Below are positions 51,606 through 62,522 of a DNA stretch of 64,000 nt, piece after piece (the first letter of the stretch is position 1; the number at the start of each line of letters is the position of its first letter). The position numbers were made by a program, and so were the translations under genes. The notes under the pieces were generated by a model. It saw only the letters and a program-made list of their open reading frames with translations, had not been told where the DNA came from and did no database searches. The stretch is from Nitrososphaerales archaeon (GTDB lineage Archaea > Thermoproteota > Nitrososphaeria > Nitrososphaerales > UBA213), in NCBI GenBank assembly GCA_965197925.1, contig CBDAOC010000020.1, positions 928,001-992,000 of the forward strand, given 5' to 3'.

Positions 51606-52602
51606 GATTTATTATCAATTAGCAATAGGAAGTTAATAGCCTTCGTAAACAAGTCATAAGAGATTGTTAATCTCGACTTTCCCGACCTTCTCTCCCTGTA
51701 ATATGTATAATTGTAGGCGGAGTCACTTAACCAGTAGCACCAAGCAAAGGAGCATGACCTAATTCGTTGACTAGTGGTAAATTTCTTGATCGTTGAAGCA
51801 AGGGAACGGATAGAAAAAAACTTGACAAAGTATAGAATAGACCCTAGTAAGATTATGGAAGGCTAGGGATTTTTCGTCAATAGATTTTTACACTTAATAG
51901 GTTTACAGGTAATAGGATAAGATCCACTGAGCTTCTTGATTGGCAACTTAAGTAGATTTCCAGGCTATAAGCTACCAAAGGGAAAGAATGTGGTCTTGAT
52001 CAGAAGATGAATAGTTGTTGGCGATAATATTGTCGATATTGAAAATACAGAATTCATACATATTAAATGGCCTACAAAAAATCAACAAATTAGTAAAGAG
52101 ATGGTCGAGGTTTTGGGAGCAAGTGATTAGACAAAACTTCTAATAGAGAAACATCAATAAAAAAAAATTCCAAAGCCTTGAATAACCTTGTATAGGATTC
52201 ATTATCCACCACGTCCAGGACTATATTTTGATAGGGATCCATCATTCTCCATACATATGTCGGTGCAATATTTGCAGCGGTTAATTACACAACTTACCTG
52301 ATGAAACCATAAATATAGCCTCTTTAAGCCTCATGAAAAACTAGACATTTGGTACAAAAATTGGAGATATAGATTCTTTTTGTTCGATTCTGTATTGTTA
52401 TGAATCTATTTTTTCCCTGTCACTCTTATCTTTTATACGGTTTCGCACATTCCAAACACTATTCATTAGCACCAATATCCCATAAGCTCTCGTTTCTGGT
52501 TTATTACTTGCATGAGTCAATTTTCATTTTATATAATATAGATAACAGGCCAGTCCCATAGACTTAACAGTTATAAATAAGGATGGCCCTAATTGTGGAT
52601 AC

Positions 52603-52890
52603 ATGGGTCCTCTATTCGTAGCTGGATATGAATGGATACTGATACTGGTGGCTGTTGGCGTGTTATTTTTCGGAGCCAAGAAGATACCACAAATAGCTAG
52701 GTCTATAGGAAAGGCAGAATCTGACTATGAAAAAGGAAAGCTCGAAGGAAAGAAAGAGATTGATAAAGTGTTGGGATCTGATGAGCGATTGAAGCTTGTG
52801 AAGGTAGCTGAAACGGTGGGCATAGAATCTGAAGGATTGAGTGATGAGCAGTTAAAACAAGCCATAAACGATGCATTGTCTAAAAAATAA
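52603..52890 (+). CDS. tatA: Twin-arginine translocase subunit TatA
   Basis: EWILILVAVGVLFFGAKKIPQIARSIGKA. Confidence 0.9.
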   Translation: MGPLFVAGYEWILILVAVGVLFFGAKKIPQIARSIGKAESDYEKGKLEGKKEIDKVLGSDERLKLVKVAETVGIESEGLSDEQLKQAINDALSKK

Positions 52891-53034
52891 TATTTGAAAT
52901 CTGAATAGCTATTTTCCTTAATTAGCTATATAGATATTTTATCAGTATTGAAGTATAATATATCATTAATCGGTATTGTCTAGGTTGTAAGAGATTTCAT
53001 CTAGATTTTAGTAACCAATTGAACAATGACAGAC

Positions 53035-53958
53035 TTACACTATTGCTAGAAGTATCAAACTAATAGCAATAGAGACCACTAAACCCGCTGCAGGACTTAC
53101 TCCCCATCCGATCAGTATGCCTTTTACGACTCGATAGTTGACACTCTTTTCCCCCTTTCCTATACTAGATCCAATTAACCCACTGATCATTGTTTGATTA
53201 ATCGAAGCATTATAGCCCATCAGATTAACTCCAATTATTGTTGAGGCTTTAGCTATCTGCGCACTGCTAGCCACATCCATCTTCATCTTCACTATTTCTT
53301 TACTAACTCTAGCTAGAACCCTACGGCCCCAAGTCAATACACCTAATGCGATGAACGCTCCACCAATAAGGCTTGAAAATAATGTATCAACATAGTCAAG
53401 AGCGACAAGCATGGCCACTGCATTGCTGACATCGTTGGAACCTACGGAGAAGGCGGAGTGCATAGAAGAGCCAATAACAAGATACCTTAACCATTTTTCC
53501 ATTCCATTCTTAGGGATCAATCTTATCAACAAGAGTCCAAGCAAAAATGCTGCTATGGGAGCCGCTGCCCAAAAAAGTATAAGGTATAAGAGTACCTCAA
53601 TGTTCAAAGTCAAACCACCAACCAAAGCCGCACCTACTAGTGAGAATGTAAATAGTTGGATTGTCGATGTTGGTATTTTAAGATATGTAAAAGCGGTTGT
53701 TGTAAGGGCAGCAGAGAGAAGAGCAGCAGCAACAGCAACCTCATTAAGACTGCTGACAATATTGAAGGCATAGGTTTCCTGTACCTTAAAGCTAAGGAAA
53801 GCACCGGCAAAGGCAAGGATAGCCATGATCTTCAGGGCTTTTGATTGGCGTAGCAGCCCGGAACCTACCACGGGTCCAAGTGCAGCCCCAGTATAATGGG
53901 TTCCTATAGCCCAAGCAAAGTAGAGACTCGCGATCCATATTACGATGGTTAACGACAT
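53035..53958 (-). CDS. PiT (PHO4)-family anion transporter
   Basis: Two-repeat topology, IPTSTIQ, second signature GSNDVSNA, GWGVSP; first signature altered to GTHYTGA. Confidence 0.8.
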   Translation of the reverse strand: MSLTIVIWIASLYFAWAIGTHYTGAALGPVVGSGLLRQSKALKIMAILAFAGAFLSFKVQETYAFNIVSSLNEVAVAAALLSAALTTTAFTYLKIPTSTIQLFTFSLVGAALVGGLTLNIEVLLYLILFWAAAPIAAFLLGLLLIRLIPKNGMEKWLRYLVIGSSMHSAFSVGSNDVSNAVAMLVALDYVDTLFSSLIGGAFIALGVLTWGRRVLARVSKEIVKMKMDVASSAQIAKASTIIGVNLMGYNASINQTMISGLIGSSIGKGEKSVNYRVVKGILIGWGVSPAAGLVVSIAISLILLAIV

Positions 53959-54214
53959 CTGTTTCAACCACTCAACAGTGGTTAATGGCTTTTGCGCATA
54001 AGTTCTTGCATTCAAAAATCCAATTCGGCGATCTTGGAAACCAATCTTGGAAAAACAAATTCTAGAATTCTGAAAAGATATATCTGATAAAATACTTATA
54101 ACATTTGTAAAAATTCGTCGGGCAATGTCCAGTGGCTTTGCTGGTGAAGAACTTCATCCCGGAAGGATTGGATAAATTATTTTTCTTTATGAAACGATCT
54201 TCTATAGCTAAGCC

Positions 54215-55135
54215 TTAACTGAGGGCTCTGAATGTGAAATTCCTTTTTGTATCTATATACTTCTCACCGTCAACTTCGGCATAAAGAGAGTAGAAGAATA
54301 GTATTGGTTCGCCTTTTTGTGGAGGCGCTAAGATGATATCCCTACCTTTTGATAACTCGACGTGATTAAGCTCGAGGTTCCCGAATAACCCATTCTTTCC
54401 GTACTTTGTTGAGCAGGATGCATCAACTGGGACCCAGCCCAAATTTGGGGCAAAGAATTCTGCCCAACAGTGATAACCGCATACTTCACAGTCCTCCGAA
54501 CCTTCCACAAGCTCAAAGCCCATCACCAACCTAGATGGTATGTTCATAGATCGGCATAGGGAGATGAAGAGGGCATGGATATCATTACAATTTCCAGTAC
54601 TGCAAGCAAGGGCATGCTCTGAACTACCTACCCAAGATTGCTTTGGAGCGTCATATTGCATACGTCCTACCACATAGTCAAAGATTTTCTTTACCTGTTC
54701 CAAGATGTTTCGTTCCCCCCCCACTACTTCTAACGCTAACCTTCTCATACCATCATCAACTGGCACATGTCTCTCTGGTTGGAGATATCTTTGGAGTAAT
54801 TGCTTGTCACCATCACCAAAAACCCCAACAATATGCGGATCTACACTAACACTATATTCTCGCTTGAGCATTTTGTATCTTAACTTCACACTAACTTCTG
54901 TCATTCCAGGATTTTTGGCTTCAAAGTAAAGTATCTTATTTCCAAACTCTTGATCATATGTTATCCTTACAGGCAATTGAGTTTCAATTTTGAGATCCAA
55001 TAGGCGCTGATGCTCATTGGTAGTTATGGTAGGCATCCAAACTTCTAATCCGCTTGCGTTTTCTGGAATATTATTAACAGTCACGGAATCTACAATATCA
55101 TAGACTCTGCTTTTAAGTCCTTGTACTATAGTCAT
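54215..55135 (-). CDS. Transglutaminase-like cysteine protease domain protein
   Basis: Catalytic triad motifs GNCNDIHA, YHCWAEF, WVPVDA. Confidence 0.88.
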   Translation of the reverse strand: MTIVQGLKSRVYDIVDSVTVNNIPENASGLEVWMPTITTNEHQRLLDLKIETQLPVRITYDQEFGNKILYFEAKNPGMTEVSVKLRYKMLKREYSVSVDPHIVGVFGDGDKQLLQRYLQPERHVPVDDGMRRLALEVVGGERNILEQVKKIFDYVVGRMQYDAPKQSWVGSSEHALACSTGNCNDIHALFISLCRSMNIPSRLVMGFELVEGSEDCEVCGYHCWAEFFAPNLGWVPVDASCSTKYGKNGLFGNLELNHVELSKGRDIILAPPQKGEPILFFYSLYAEVDGEKYIDTKRNFTFRALS

Positions 55136-55510
55136 ACTAATAATAGCATTACGTGATGATTGTATAAATCTCTATCCTGAACGACCCAATTTCTTTGTTT
55201 GAGGTTAGGAATCAAGAATGCATAATGTTCAGAAAAATCTAATTGATGCAATCTTAGAATTTATGTAAATTATAATATTATAGGGCAGAAAGCAGAAGTC
55301 TTGTATTTAATAGTAATACATGAGTATAGTAATACATGAGTATAGTAATACATGAGCATTGTGATGTTAAATTCCCACGAGCCAAATAGATACTGGAACA
55401 AACAATCGCTAATTAGTTTAAATACATATTGACCTAGGTATTACCAGTACAATCATTATACTGGTTTTAACCATCTTCCAAAAATCAAACAAAGATGATC
55501 GCAATATGTA

Positions 55511-56381
55511 CAACTCATCTCAAAACTAACCATTTAGACAATTTTTAGCGACCATTTAGATCCATGAATAGCGACATCTAAAATTATTTTATGAAATTCC
55601 AAGAATTATCAGACAAACAGTGGAGTATGATGGAATCACACATACCACCACATGCAAAAACTGGCAGGCCTAGGGATTATGATAGAAAAATCATTAACGG
55701 AATAATCCATGTTCTAACTACTGGATGCCGATGGGACGATATGCCAAAAAGATATGGTGATGATTCTACTGCAAACAGAAGGTTAAACAAATGGCAACAA
55801 AAAGGAATCTGGAAAAAGATTCTATCACGTACTATTCACTCAGCACATAAATCTGGCAAAATTAGTCTAAAAAAATCAGTTGACTCTTCATCCATTCCTG
55901 ATAAAAAAGGGGCAATGTAACTGGATATAATGGATTCAAGAGAATAACAGGTACAAAAATACATGCCGCAGTAGAGAGTAACGGATTTCCAATATCCATA
56001 CTGTTGAGTCCAGCAAATGAACATGACAGTACAAAATGCATAGATGTTACAGGATCAATTTCAGACTATCTTGATGATGATTCAATACAACAGATAGAAT
56101 CAGTTTATGCAGACAAAATAATGCAAAATACATCAGAATGTATTTGTGGGATAGAAATATTGCATGTTGCATCCCATACAAAATAAATTCCAAGTTCATC
56201 TTGCAAAATAATGATTACAAACATTACAGCAAGACAAGATTTGTAGTTGAGAGATTCCTTGCATGGCTCAAGAATGGATTTCACAGAACAAGAACCAGGT
56301 ATGAAAGAACGGCAGAAAACTACCTGGCATTTGTTAATCCTGCATCATTTTTGATGTATTGTAGGGTTTTGAGATGAGTTG
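55511..56381 (+). mobile_element. IS5-family element, copy A3 (defective)
   Basis: Same terminal repeats as A1/A2, 3-bp target duplication GTA, same orfB frameshift. Confidence 0.95.
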
Positions 56382-56466
56382 GTAATAAAATATTAAAAGG
56401 ATTCATGCATATTGGAACCAATTACTAGGATCTATTTGCGATAATCTTTTGCGTGAAAAATCAATT

Positions 56467-56886
56467 TCACTTTACAATTATCACAGTTTGCTTAGCCTTT
56501 TGAGCTACCGCATTTGAAACGCTACCAAGAACAAGAGTTTTCAACCCATCAAGACCTCTACTACCAACCACAATAGCATCAGCCTCAACTTTTTCAGAGG
56601 TCTCCACAATTTTATCAGCTAGAGAACCCACCATACAAACAACCTCGCTGATAATTCCACGAGTTTTGAGTTGCTGCTGCTTTTCTACTAGAATTTGTTC
56701 ACACTCATTCTGGGAAGCAGTTTATATTTTTTTCTCATCGTAAACTTCACCCTGCATATATGGCGCCTGCTCTGCAACATTGACCAAGACCAGTGTACAA
56801 TCAAGTTTCTCAGCTAGTTCTGCTACATATTCTAATGCCTTTTCTGAACATTTTCAACCATCAAGTCCAACCACAAACTTTGTCAT
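56467..56886 (-). pseudogene. UspA-family pseudogene (early TGA plus frameshift ~56720)
   Basis: MTKFVVGLDG*KCSEKAL...ADAIVVGSRG...LGSVSNAVAQKAKQTVIIVK*. Confidence 0.85.
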
Positions 56887-56923
56887 CAAGATACACCTGT
56901 ATTATCCAATTAAATAGTTAGTT

Positions 56924-58009
56924 GAGGCTTGGGCGTAATTTAGTTCGAAACGATAAGATCAGGTTCTAGTTTTTATTGTTGATATGTTTAGCTCATACTC
57001 GATACTCCTTCGTATATTATTTTTGATTGACGTGATTCTAGTCAAAACCTAATAGGAAAAGGGTAGACCATTCTACTATTCTCCTACAGTTATGGTGAGA
57101 TGCTTCATCGTTAGAGTATGGATAAGAATACCAAGCAACAATGCTTTGCATGAAACTTTTTGATAGACATGCCATACAACAGGAAGGTAATGAAGGCATG
57201 TGGTCTTGATAGGTTGCCAGACAGAAGAACATTCGACAGAAGGTCAAGGCCGTATCAATTGACATAAGATCAAGGATAGATGTTATGGGTGTGCTCTTCA
57301 TAAAAGATGGGTTGGTAGACCCAGCCATAGTATCCGTTGACAGTTCATTGTTGAAAGCAAAGGGACATGTATGGCATAGATCAAACATGAAGAATGAAGT
57401 GCCACGCTCGGGTATAGATACAGATGCTCGATGGGGATTCAGCAGAACCAAGGGATGGGTATTCGGATACAAGATGCATCTAGCATGTAGTACTGGTTCG
57501 TTGATAGTTCCATTATCAGCTGATTTCACAACAGCTAACATTACTGATAACAAGATGTATGAAAGCATAACATCTTCATTGCCTACAGGAATGGTAAGGT
57601 ATGTTGTAGGAGATGAAGGATATGATGATCACAAGTTATGTGATTTCAGCAGGTATAGAGGGTATCCAGTATTCCCATTGGAAAGGTATAGGCATACTAC
57701 AGATAATAATAGACTGGCATTGCTGCAGTTCTATAACTCTGAATATGGGCAGCATGTATATTCGCAAAGAAGCATAAGCGTTGAACCATTGATAGAGCAT
57801 ATGAAGGATGTATTTACCATAGATCCATTGCCAGTTAGAGGATTTGATAAGGTAAGGAGTATGGTGTTGTTATCAGTATTGTTGTATCAGGTAATGGTTT
57901 ACTACAACTACTTGACAGGAAGGCCTCTTAGGGCATTGAAGCACATTCTTGGAAGTTAATCAATCAGATGCATCAAGTTATTTTTGTTATGAAATTATGT
58001 CTATGCCTC
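56924..58009 (+). mobile_element. DDE IS (IS982/IS5-like), 5' part of transposase frameshifted
   Basis: Ends GAGGCTTGGGCGTAATTT / AAATTATGTCTATGCCTC; flanks AGTTAGTT / AGTTAATT; ORF 57285..57959 with VDSS, GDEGYD and RSISVE motifs. Confidence 0.9.
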
Positions 58010-58071
58010 AGTTAATTATTGAGAGATTCGATGATTATTATTTGGTTTTCCTTACAATATATAAATAATAA

Positions 58072-58371
58072 TTAAAGTATAGTTAGACTGGTAGCCTCGT
58101 AAAGTTTTTTATTTAATTTAGTTATAGACGCATTTAACAAAGCGCTATCTGACTCGTCGAGTTTCATTTTTCTACTTTGGCTCAGCAGCGTCATCAATTC
58201 ACCGACTAGATCATTTTTGGCTTGCTTTTGCTGCCTCTGGTAGGCAACACGATGTCTGAGATCCTCAGTTGGGGGTTGCGTAGCCTGAGTAGATATCTCT
58301 ATTATTTGTGCACCTATACTATTCATACGTTTTATATTTTCCTTGATATTACTCTTGATATTACTCGTCAT
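58072..58371 (-). CDS. Hypothetical helical protein
   Basis: 99-aa ORF preceded by GGGTGA ribosome-binding-like site. Confidence 0.45.
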   Translation of the reverse strand: MTSNIKSNIKENIKRMNSIGAQIIEISTQATQPPTEDLRHRVAYQRQQKQAKNDLVGELMTLLSQSRKMKLDESDSALLNASITKLNKKLYEATSLTIL

Positions 58372-59283
58372 ATATCACCCAATTCATATTTGCTGACATT
58401 AGTACAAACCAAATAACCCAAACATCCCTGGCGCAACGATTCATATCTAGCACTATCACCAAAATTTGAGAGTTGCCTCATAATTCCAGCGAGTTTTGAG
58501 TCGAGACCCCAATCCTTCATAGAACTGACCACCTCATTATAGTTATTTTATCATGTAGATACTAATAACTTCTTCTATATTTGAAATAATTTCATTTAAT
58601 CATCATCTTTTTCCTTGCTGATCAAAGCCATACCCATAGAACTTAAGGCAGGAACGCCATTGATTCTGCTATGATAATCTTTTGTAATTCAGGATGTTTC
58701 TTCCTAAAAGAGATGCTAGTTCTTATAACCTCAATAATTCTATAAATTCCTTGTTTACATCACCGTTAAGGTTCTTTCAATAATGTTTATTGCAATATCG
58801 TTAATGAAGATATGAAAAATTCTGATATAAGGTCGCATAGAATGTAATAAACAATTAATTCTAACCTTGATACAATGAAATATTGAGGGCTGGTTTAAAA
58901 ATCATTTAGTTTAAGGTTTTGGTTTGGATCCAAAGAAAATGTAAACCTCAAAGTAACGGTCATACTACCATAAAGTATCTTTAAAAAATTCTTCAATAAT
59001 CATATCATGTGATTCATCTCTTTACAAATGCCGCACTGCATTTCAAAATAGTTGATTTTTAGAGTCTTGATAAATTACGCAATGCATTGACAGAGTATTA
59101 TTGAAGACCCCATCAGGCCTGTATAATATGGTTAGTGGTTCTCTATTCTTTACGTTTTTATTTTCAAGTATAATATCTATCTATAATACATCATTCTTGA
59201 TTTGGATCATAATCATATGATAAATAATCCTTTGTTAAGTGAAATAGTACGAAATAGGAAATTGGGCGGGGTAACCATATTCT

Positions 59284-61368
59284 CTAGACTCTAGTAACAT
59301 TTGTTCCTTCATTTGTCATTGTGAATTTGTATATATTGTCAATATCAGCATTCTCGAAAATTTCAGAATCATGTGTGATCAGTATCATCTGCGACAATGG
59401 CCCCAAACCTGATCTAAATGCTTCGGTAATTATTTTTACAAGGGATCTCCTCCTCTCTTCGTCCAAATGTGTAGTAGGTTCATCAAGGATGACAAAATCT
59501 AGCTTACCCGAACCCATGACGTAGGCCATGCCTAATCTTAATGCCAAAGCAACGGCAACTTTTTCTCCACCGCTTAATGATTCCATGTCAATAGCACCAC
59601 CCCTTCCATAACATTCAATGGAAATGTTTCTGGCCTTTTCTGTTAATTGAAGCCTCGAAATGCTCATATTAAACATGGCGGTATATTCTGACGCCTTCTG
59701 CGATATGGTCTTTAGAGCCCATGTTCGTAAACTCATACTAACTATCCCATCTCTATTATAAACTGAATTTCTTATTTTTTCGAAAATCTTTAAATAATTA
59801 CTCGCCTTCTCAACTGCTTTAATTGCAATCTCTAAAGTTGAACATTCATTTTCAGCCTGCTTGAATTTGTTCTTATATTCACCTATTTGGGCTTCAAGCT
59901 GTGGTATGAGTTTTGTAACTAATTTCTCACGTTCCTTTTTTATTTGTTCATATGTTACACTATCGAAACTTTTTGTTTCTTTTCGCATGTTTAATACTTT
60001 CAAAGTAAGTGCTTTAGAATAATCATCGAAATCAATCTGATCAATGTTACGAATACTAGCAAAATTCTCCGGAAAATTAGTTAAAGCATTTTTTTTGTGT
60101 ATTACATCTCTCTCAATCACGTTGACATCGCTTATGTTACCAATCCCATTGTTCCTCAAGAAAGATTCAGCATTGTTTTTTTCAATTTCTTTCAATCTCC
60201 ATTTCCTCTCATTATTGTTTAAAACCTGTTTTTCTGCGGTTAACCTTTTATACTCTTCCTTTTTTTTGTCCAATTCATTTTTTAGATGATCAACATCATA
60301 CATCATCTCTATTTGATTCACGGGAGATCTGCATATAGGACACTTTCCATCAATTAGTTGTAATTTGTCTCCAACTTCTAAAAGCGTCTTAAGCCTTCCG
60401 ATGTGATTATTTGTACTTTCTAATTTAGAATCTAACTCAGATATCAATGTGGGTATTTCCTTTGATTGGAAATCTACCCGGTCTATATCATCAATGATTA
60501 GAAGGGATTTTTTGGATTTATCTACAAGTTGTTTGCTGTCATTTATTTCCTGTTCTAATTGTTTTCTTCTGGTCTTGATATAATTGAATAAAGCCCCTTC
60601 AATACCCTCAAGTTCGCGAATTTTCAGATGAAGCGGTTCTTGTTCCTTAATAGTATTATCCAATTGTTGTATTTTAGTTAGCAAGTATTCCCTTTCTTTT
60701 TCAAACACATCTAATCTTTCCCGGGCATCCTGAATCGCCTTTTTCGAAGATTGTAATTTTTCTCTGAGGGTGACAATATTAGAATCATCATATCCAACTT
60801 TCTTTCGCAATTCAGATCTAAAACGTTGGATCACTTCTTTCATAGCCTGATAGGCTAAATCTAATCTATCCAATCCGAATAGGCTGTTTATCAGTTCCTT
60901 AAACTCCCTAGGATGTCCTTGGATTATAGTATTTAGTTCACCTTGTTGTACAACAGCTGCAACTTTGAGTTTTGAGTAATCCAGTCCCAAGATCTTTGTT
61001 GCTTCCACCGCTACAGATTCAGAAAACTGCCTTCTCTCACCGGTAACAATTTCTATAGGCCCATCAGATTTTTGCTCTATAATCTTTGCTCCAATAAGAT
61101 GACCTAACGAGTTTAATCCCCTAGTAATTTTGAACCTTCTTCCTCTAATTGACATTTCAACCTGTACTAAACATGAATAAGAATCACGCTTTACCAGATT
61201 TTTGTTAACCCTTCTTGTGTGCTCACCGTATAGAGCAAATGTTATGGCGTCTATTATACCTGATTTGCCCGCACCGTTATGACCGATGAATAATGTTAAT
61301 CCTTCATCAAATATTAGAGAAGTATTATTATGGGAAATAAAATTTTCCAGTTGCACATTTTCGATCAT
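59284..61368 (-). CDS. rad50: DNA double-strand break repair ATPase Rad50
   Basis: GHNGAGKS, coiled coil with CPIC zinc hook, LSGGE, LDEPT, ITHD. Confidence 0.95.
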   Translation of the reverse strand: MIENVQLENFISHNNTSLIFDEGLTLFIGHNGAGKSGIIDAITFALYGEHTRRVNKNLVKRDSYSCLVQVEMSIRGRRFKITRGLNSLGHLIGAKIIEQKSDGPIEIVTGERRQFSESVAVEATKILGLDYSKLKVAAVVQQGELNTIIQGHPREFKELINSLFGLDRLDLAYQAMKEVIQRFRSELRKKVGYDDSNIVTLREKLQSSKKAIQDARERLDVFEKEREYLLTKIQQLDNTIKEQEPLHLKIRELEGIEGALFNYIKTRRKQLEQEINDSKQLVDKSKKSLLIIDDIDRVDFQSKEIPTLISELDSKLESTNNHIGRLKTLLEVGDKLQLIDGKCPICRSPVNQIEMMYDVDHLKNELDKKKEEYKRLTAEKQVLNNNERKWRLKEIEKNNAESFLRNNGIGNISDVNVIERDVIHKKNALTNFPENFASIRNIDQIDFDDYSKALTLKVLNMRKETKSFDSVTYEQIKKEREKLVTKLIPQLEAQIGEYKNKFKQAENECSTLEIAIKAVEKASNYLKIFEKIRNSVYNRDGIVSMSLRTWALKTISQKASEYTAMFNMSISRLQLTEKARNISIECYGRGGAIDMESLSGGEKVAVALALRLGMAYVMGSGKLDFVILDEPTTHLDEERRRSLVKIITEAFRSGLGPLSQMILITHDSEIFENADIDNIYKFTMTNEGTNVTRV

Positions 61369-62516
61369 GATTCAACCTCATTCTTGATAAATCTGGAATT
61401 CTCATAGACTTTCCATGCTAGTTCAAACGCTTCATCGTTTTCGCCTTCTGATAATAATGGAAGCATTTCCTTCACTGCAAATACGGCAAGCTCATCAGAG
61501 CCCAAGGCTTCCCTGGTCCTCTTTAGCATTTCAATATCAAAATCTGTAGGCATTTCATCATACACAGAAGGTGATGTCTTTCCTTCCTCTACCGGTTCCC
61601 ATACATAATGTAAGGCATAATCATTTAATTTTGATAGATTCGAGGCAATTACCCCTGAATCTACATCTTGTCCTATAACTTGTAACGACACTATCGGTTT
61701 CTTATTCAATGATCTTATGGTAGAAATGGTCTTATCGATCTGCTTTTCAATATCTTTATAATTGATCTTTGCGGCAATTTGGGGTCTGATTTCTAACTTG
61801 ACCCAGTTCAGTACTGCTTCCTTTCCTGAAGTGTCTACTATATAAAATCCCTTTTCTGTTTCTTTTATAGTCTCTGTCGAAGTTATCTCAAGTGAACCCG
61901 GATAACCAAGAGGACCTCCTAATTGTTCAAAGCGTTTCTCATATCTATCATGATAGTGTCCCATTGCGTAATAATCAAAATTTACTGGCAGATCTGTAGC
62001 ATTCATCTCTCCAGCTAAACTGTTGAAATCAATGAGACCTTGGTGCAGAATCAGTATTCGTCTTCCAGAAAATCTTTTCGCCCTTTCTTCAGCTTCCTTT
62101 AGCTTAACAACCAATTCATCTATCTCACTCTTCCGATGCTTGTCAAATCCGATCAAAAGGGTATCATTTATTGGAAACGGAACACCATTTTTCAAATAAA
62201 TTGCGTATCCTAAATTATGAAACAAGAATGACAATGGTACACCCCGGGTTCTGCTTATATCATGTTCACCCAAAATAAAAAATGTCTTTATATCTCGCTC
62301 TTTCAGTTTTTTCAACGCATTACCAAGTCTTACCACTGCTGCTCCTTGGGGTTTTGGCATCTGGAAGAGATCTCCAGCTAGTATCACTATCTTCACACAT
62401 TCCTTTATTGAAATATTTATTGCCTGATCAAATGCATCATAAACATCCTCCTCCCTTTCTTCCAGGTTGAATTGAGAATATCCTAAGTGTATATCAGATA
62501 TGTGAGCAATGGACAT
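61365..62516 (-). CDS. mre11: DNA repair nuclease Mre11
   Basis: SDIHLG, AGDLF, GEHD, LHQG, GHYH, YPGS; overlaps the rad50 start. Confidence 0.95.
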   Translation of the reverse strand: MSIAHISDIHLGYSQFNLEEREEDVYDAFDQAINISIKECVKIVILAGDLFQMPKPQGAAVVRLGNALKKLKERDIKTFFILGEHDISRTRGVPLSFLFHNLGYAIYLKNGVPFPINDTLLIGFDKHRKSEIDELVVKLKEAEERAKRFSGRRILILHQGLIDFNSLAGEMNATDLPVNFDYYAMGHYHDRYEKRFEQLGGPLGYPGSLEITSTETIKETEKGFYIVDTSGKEAVLNWVKLEIRPQIAAKINYKDIEKQIDKTISTIRSLNKKPIVSLQVIGQDVDSGVIASNLSKLNDYALHYVWEPVEEGKTSPSVYDEMPTDFDIEMLKRTREALGSDELAVFAVKEMLPLLSEGENDEAFELAWKVYENSRFIKNEVES

Positions 62517-62522
62517 ACAGCA

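Noticed and set aside
51740..52160. Possible decayed gene between the ABC operon and tatA
   Set aside because: Protein-like fragments with many stops but no motif I can assign.
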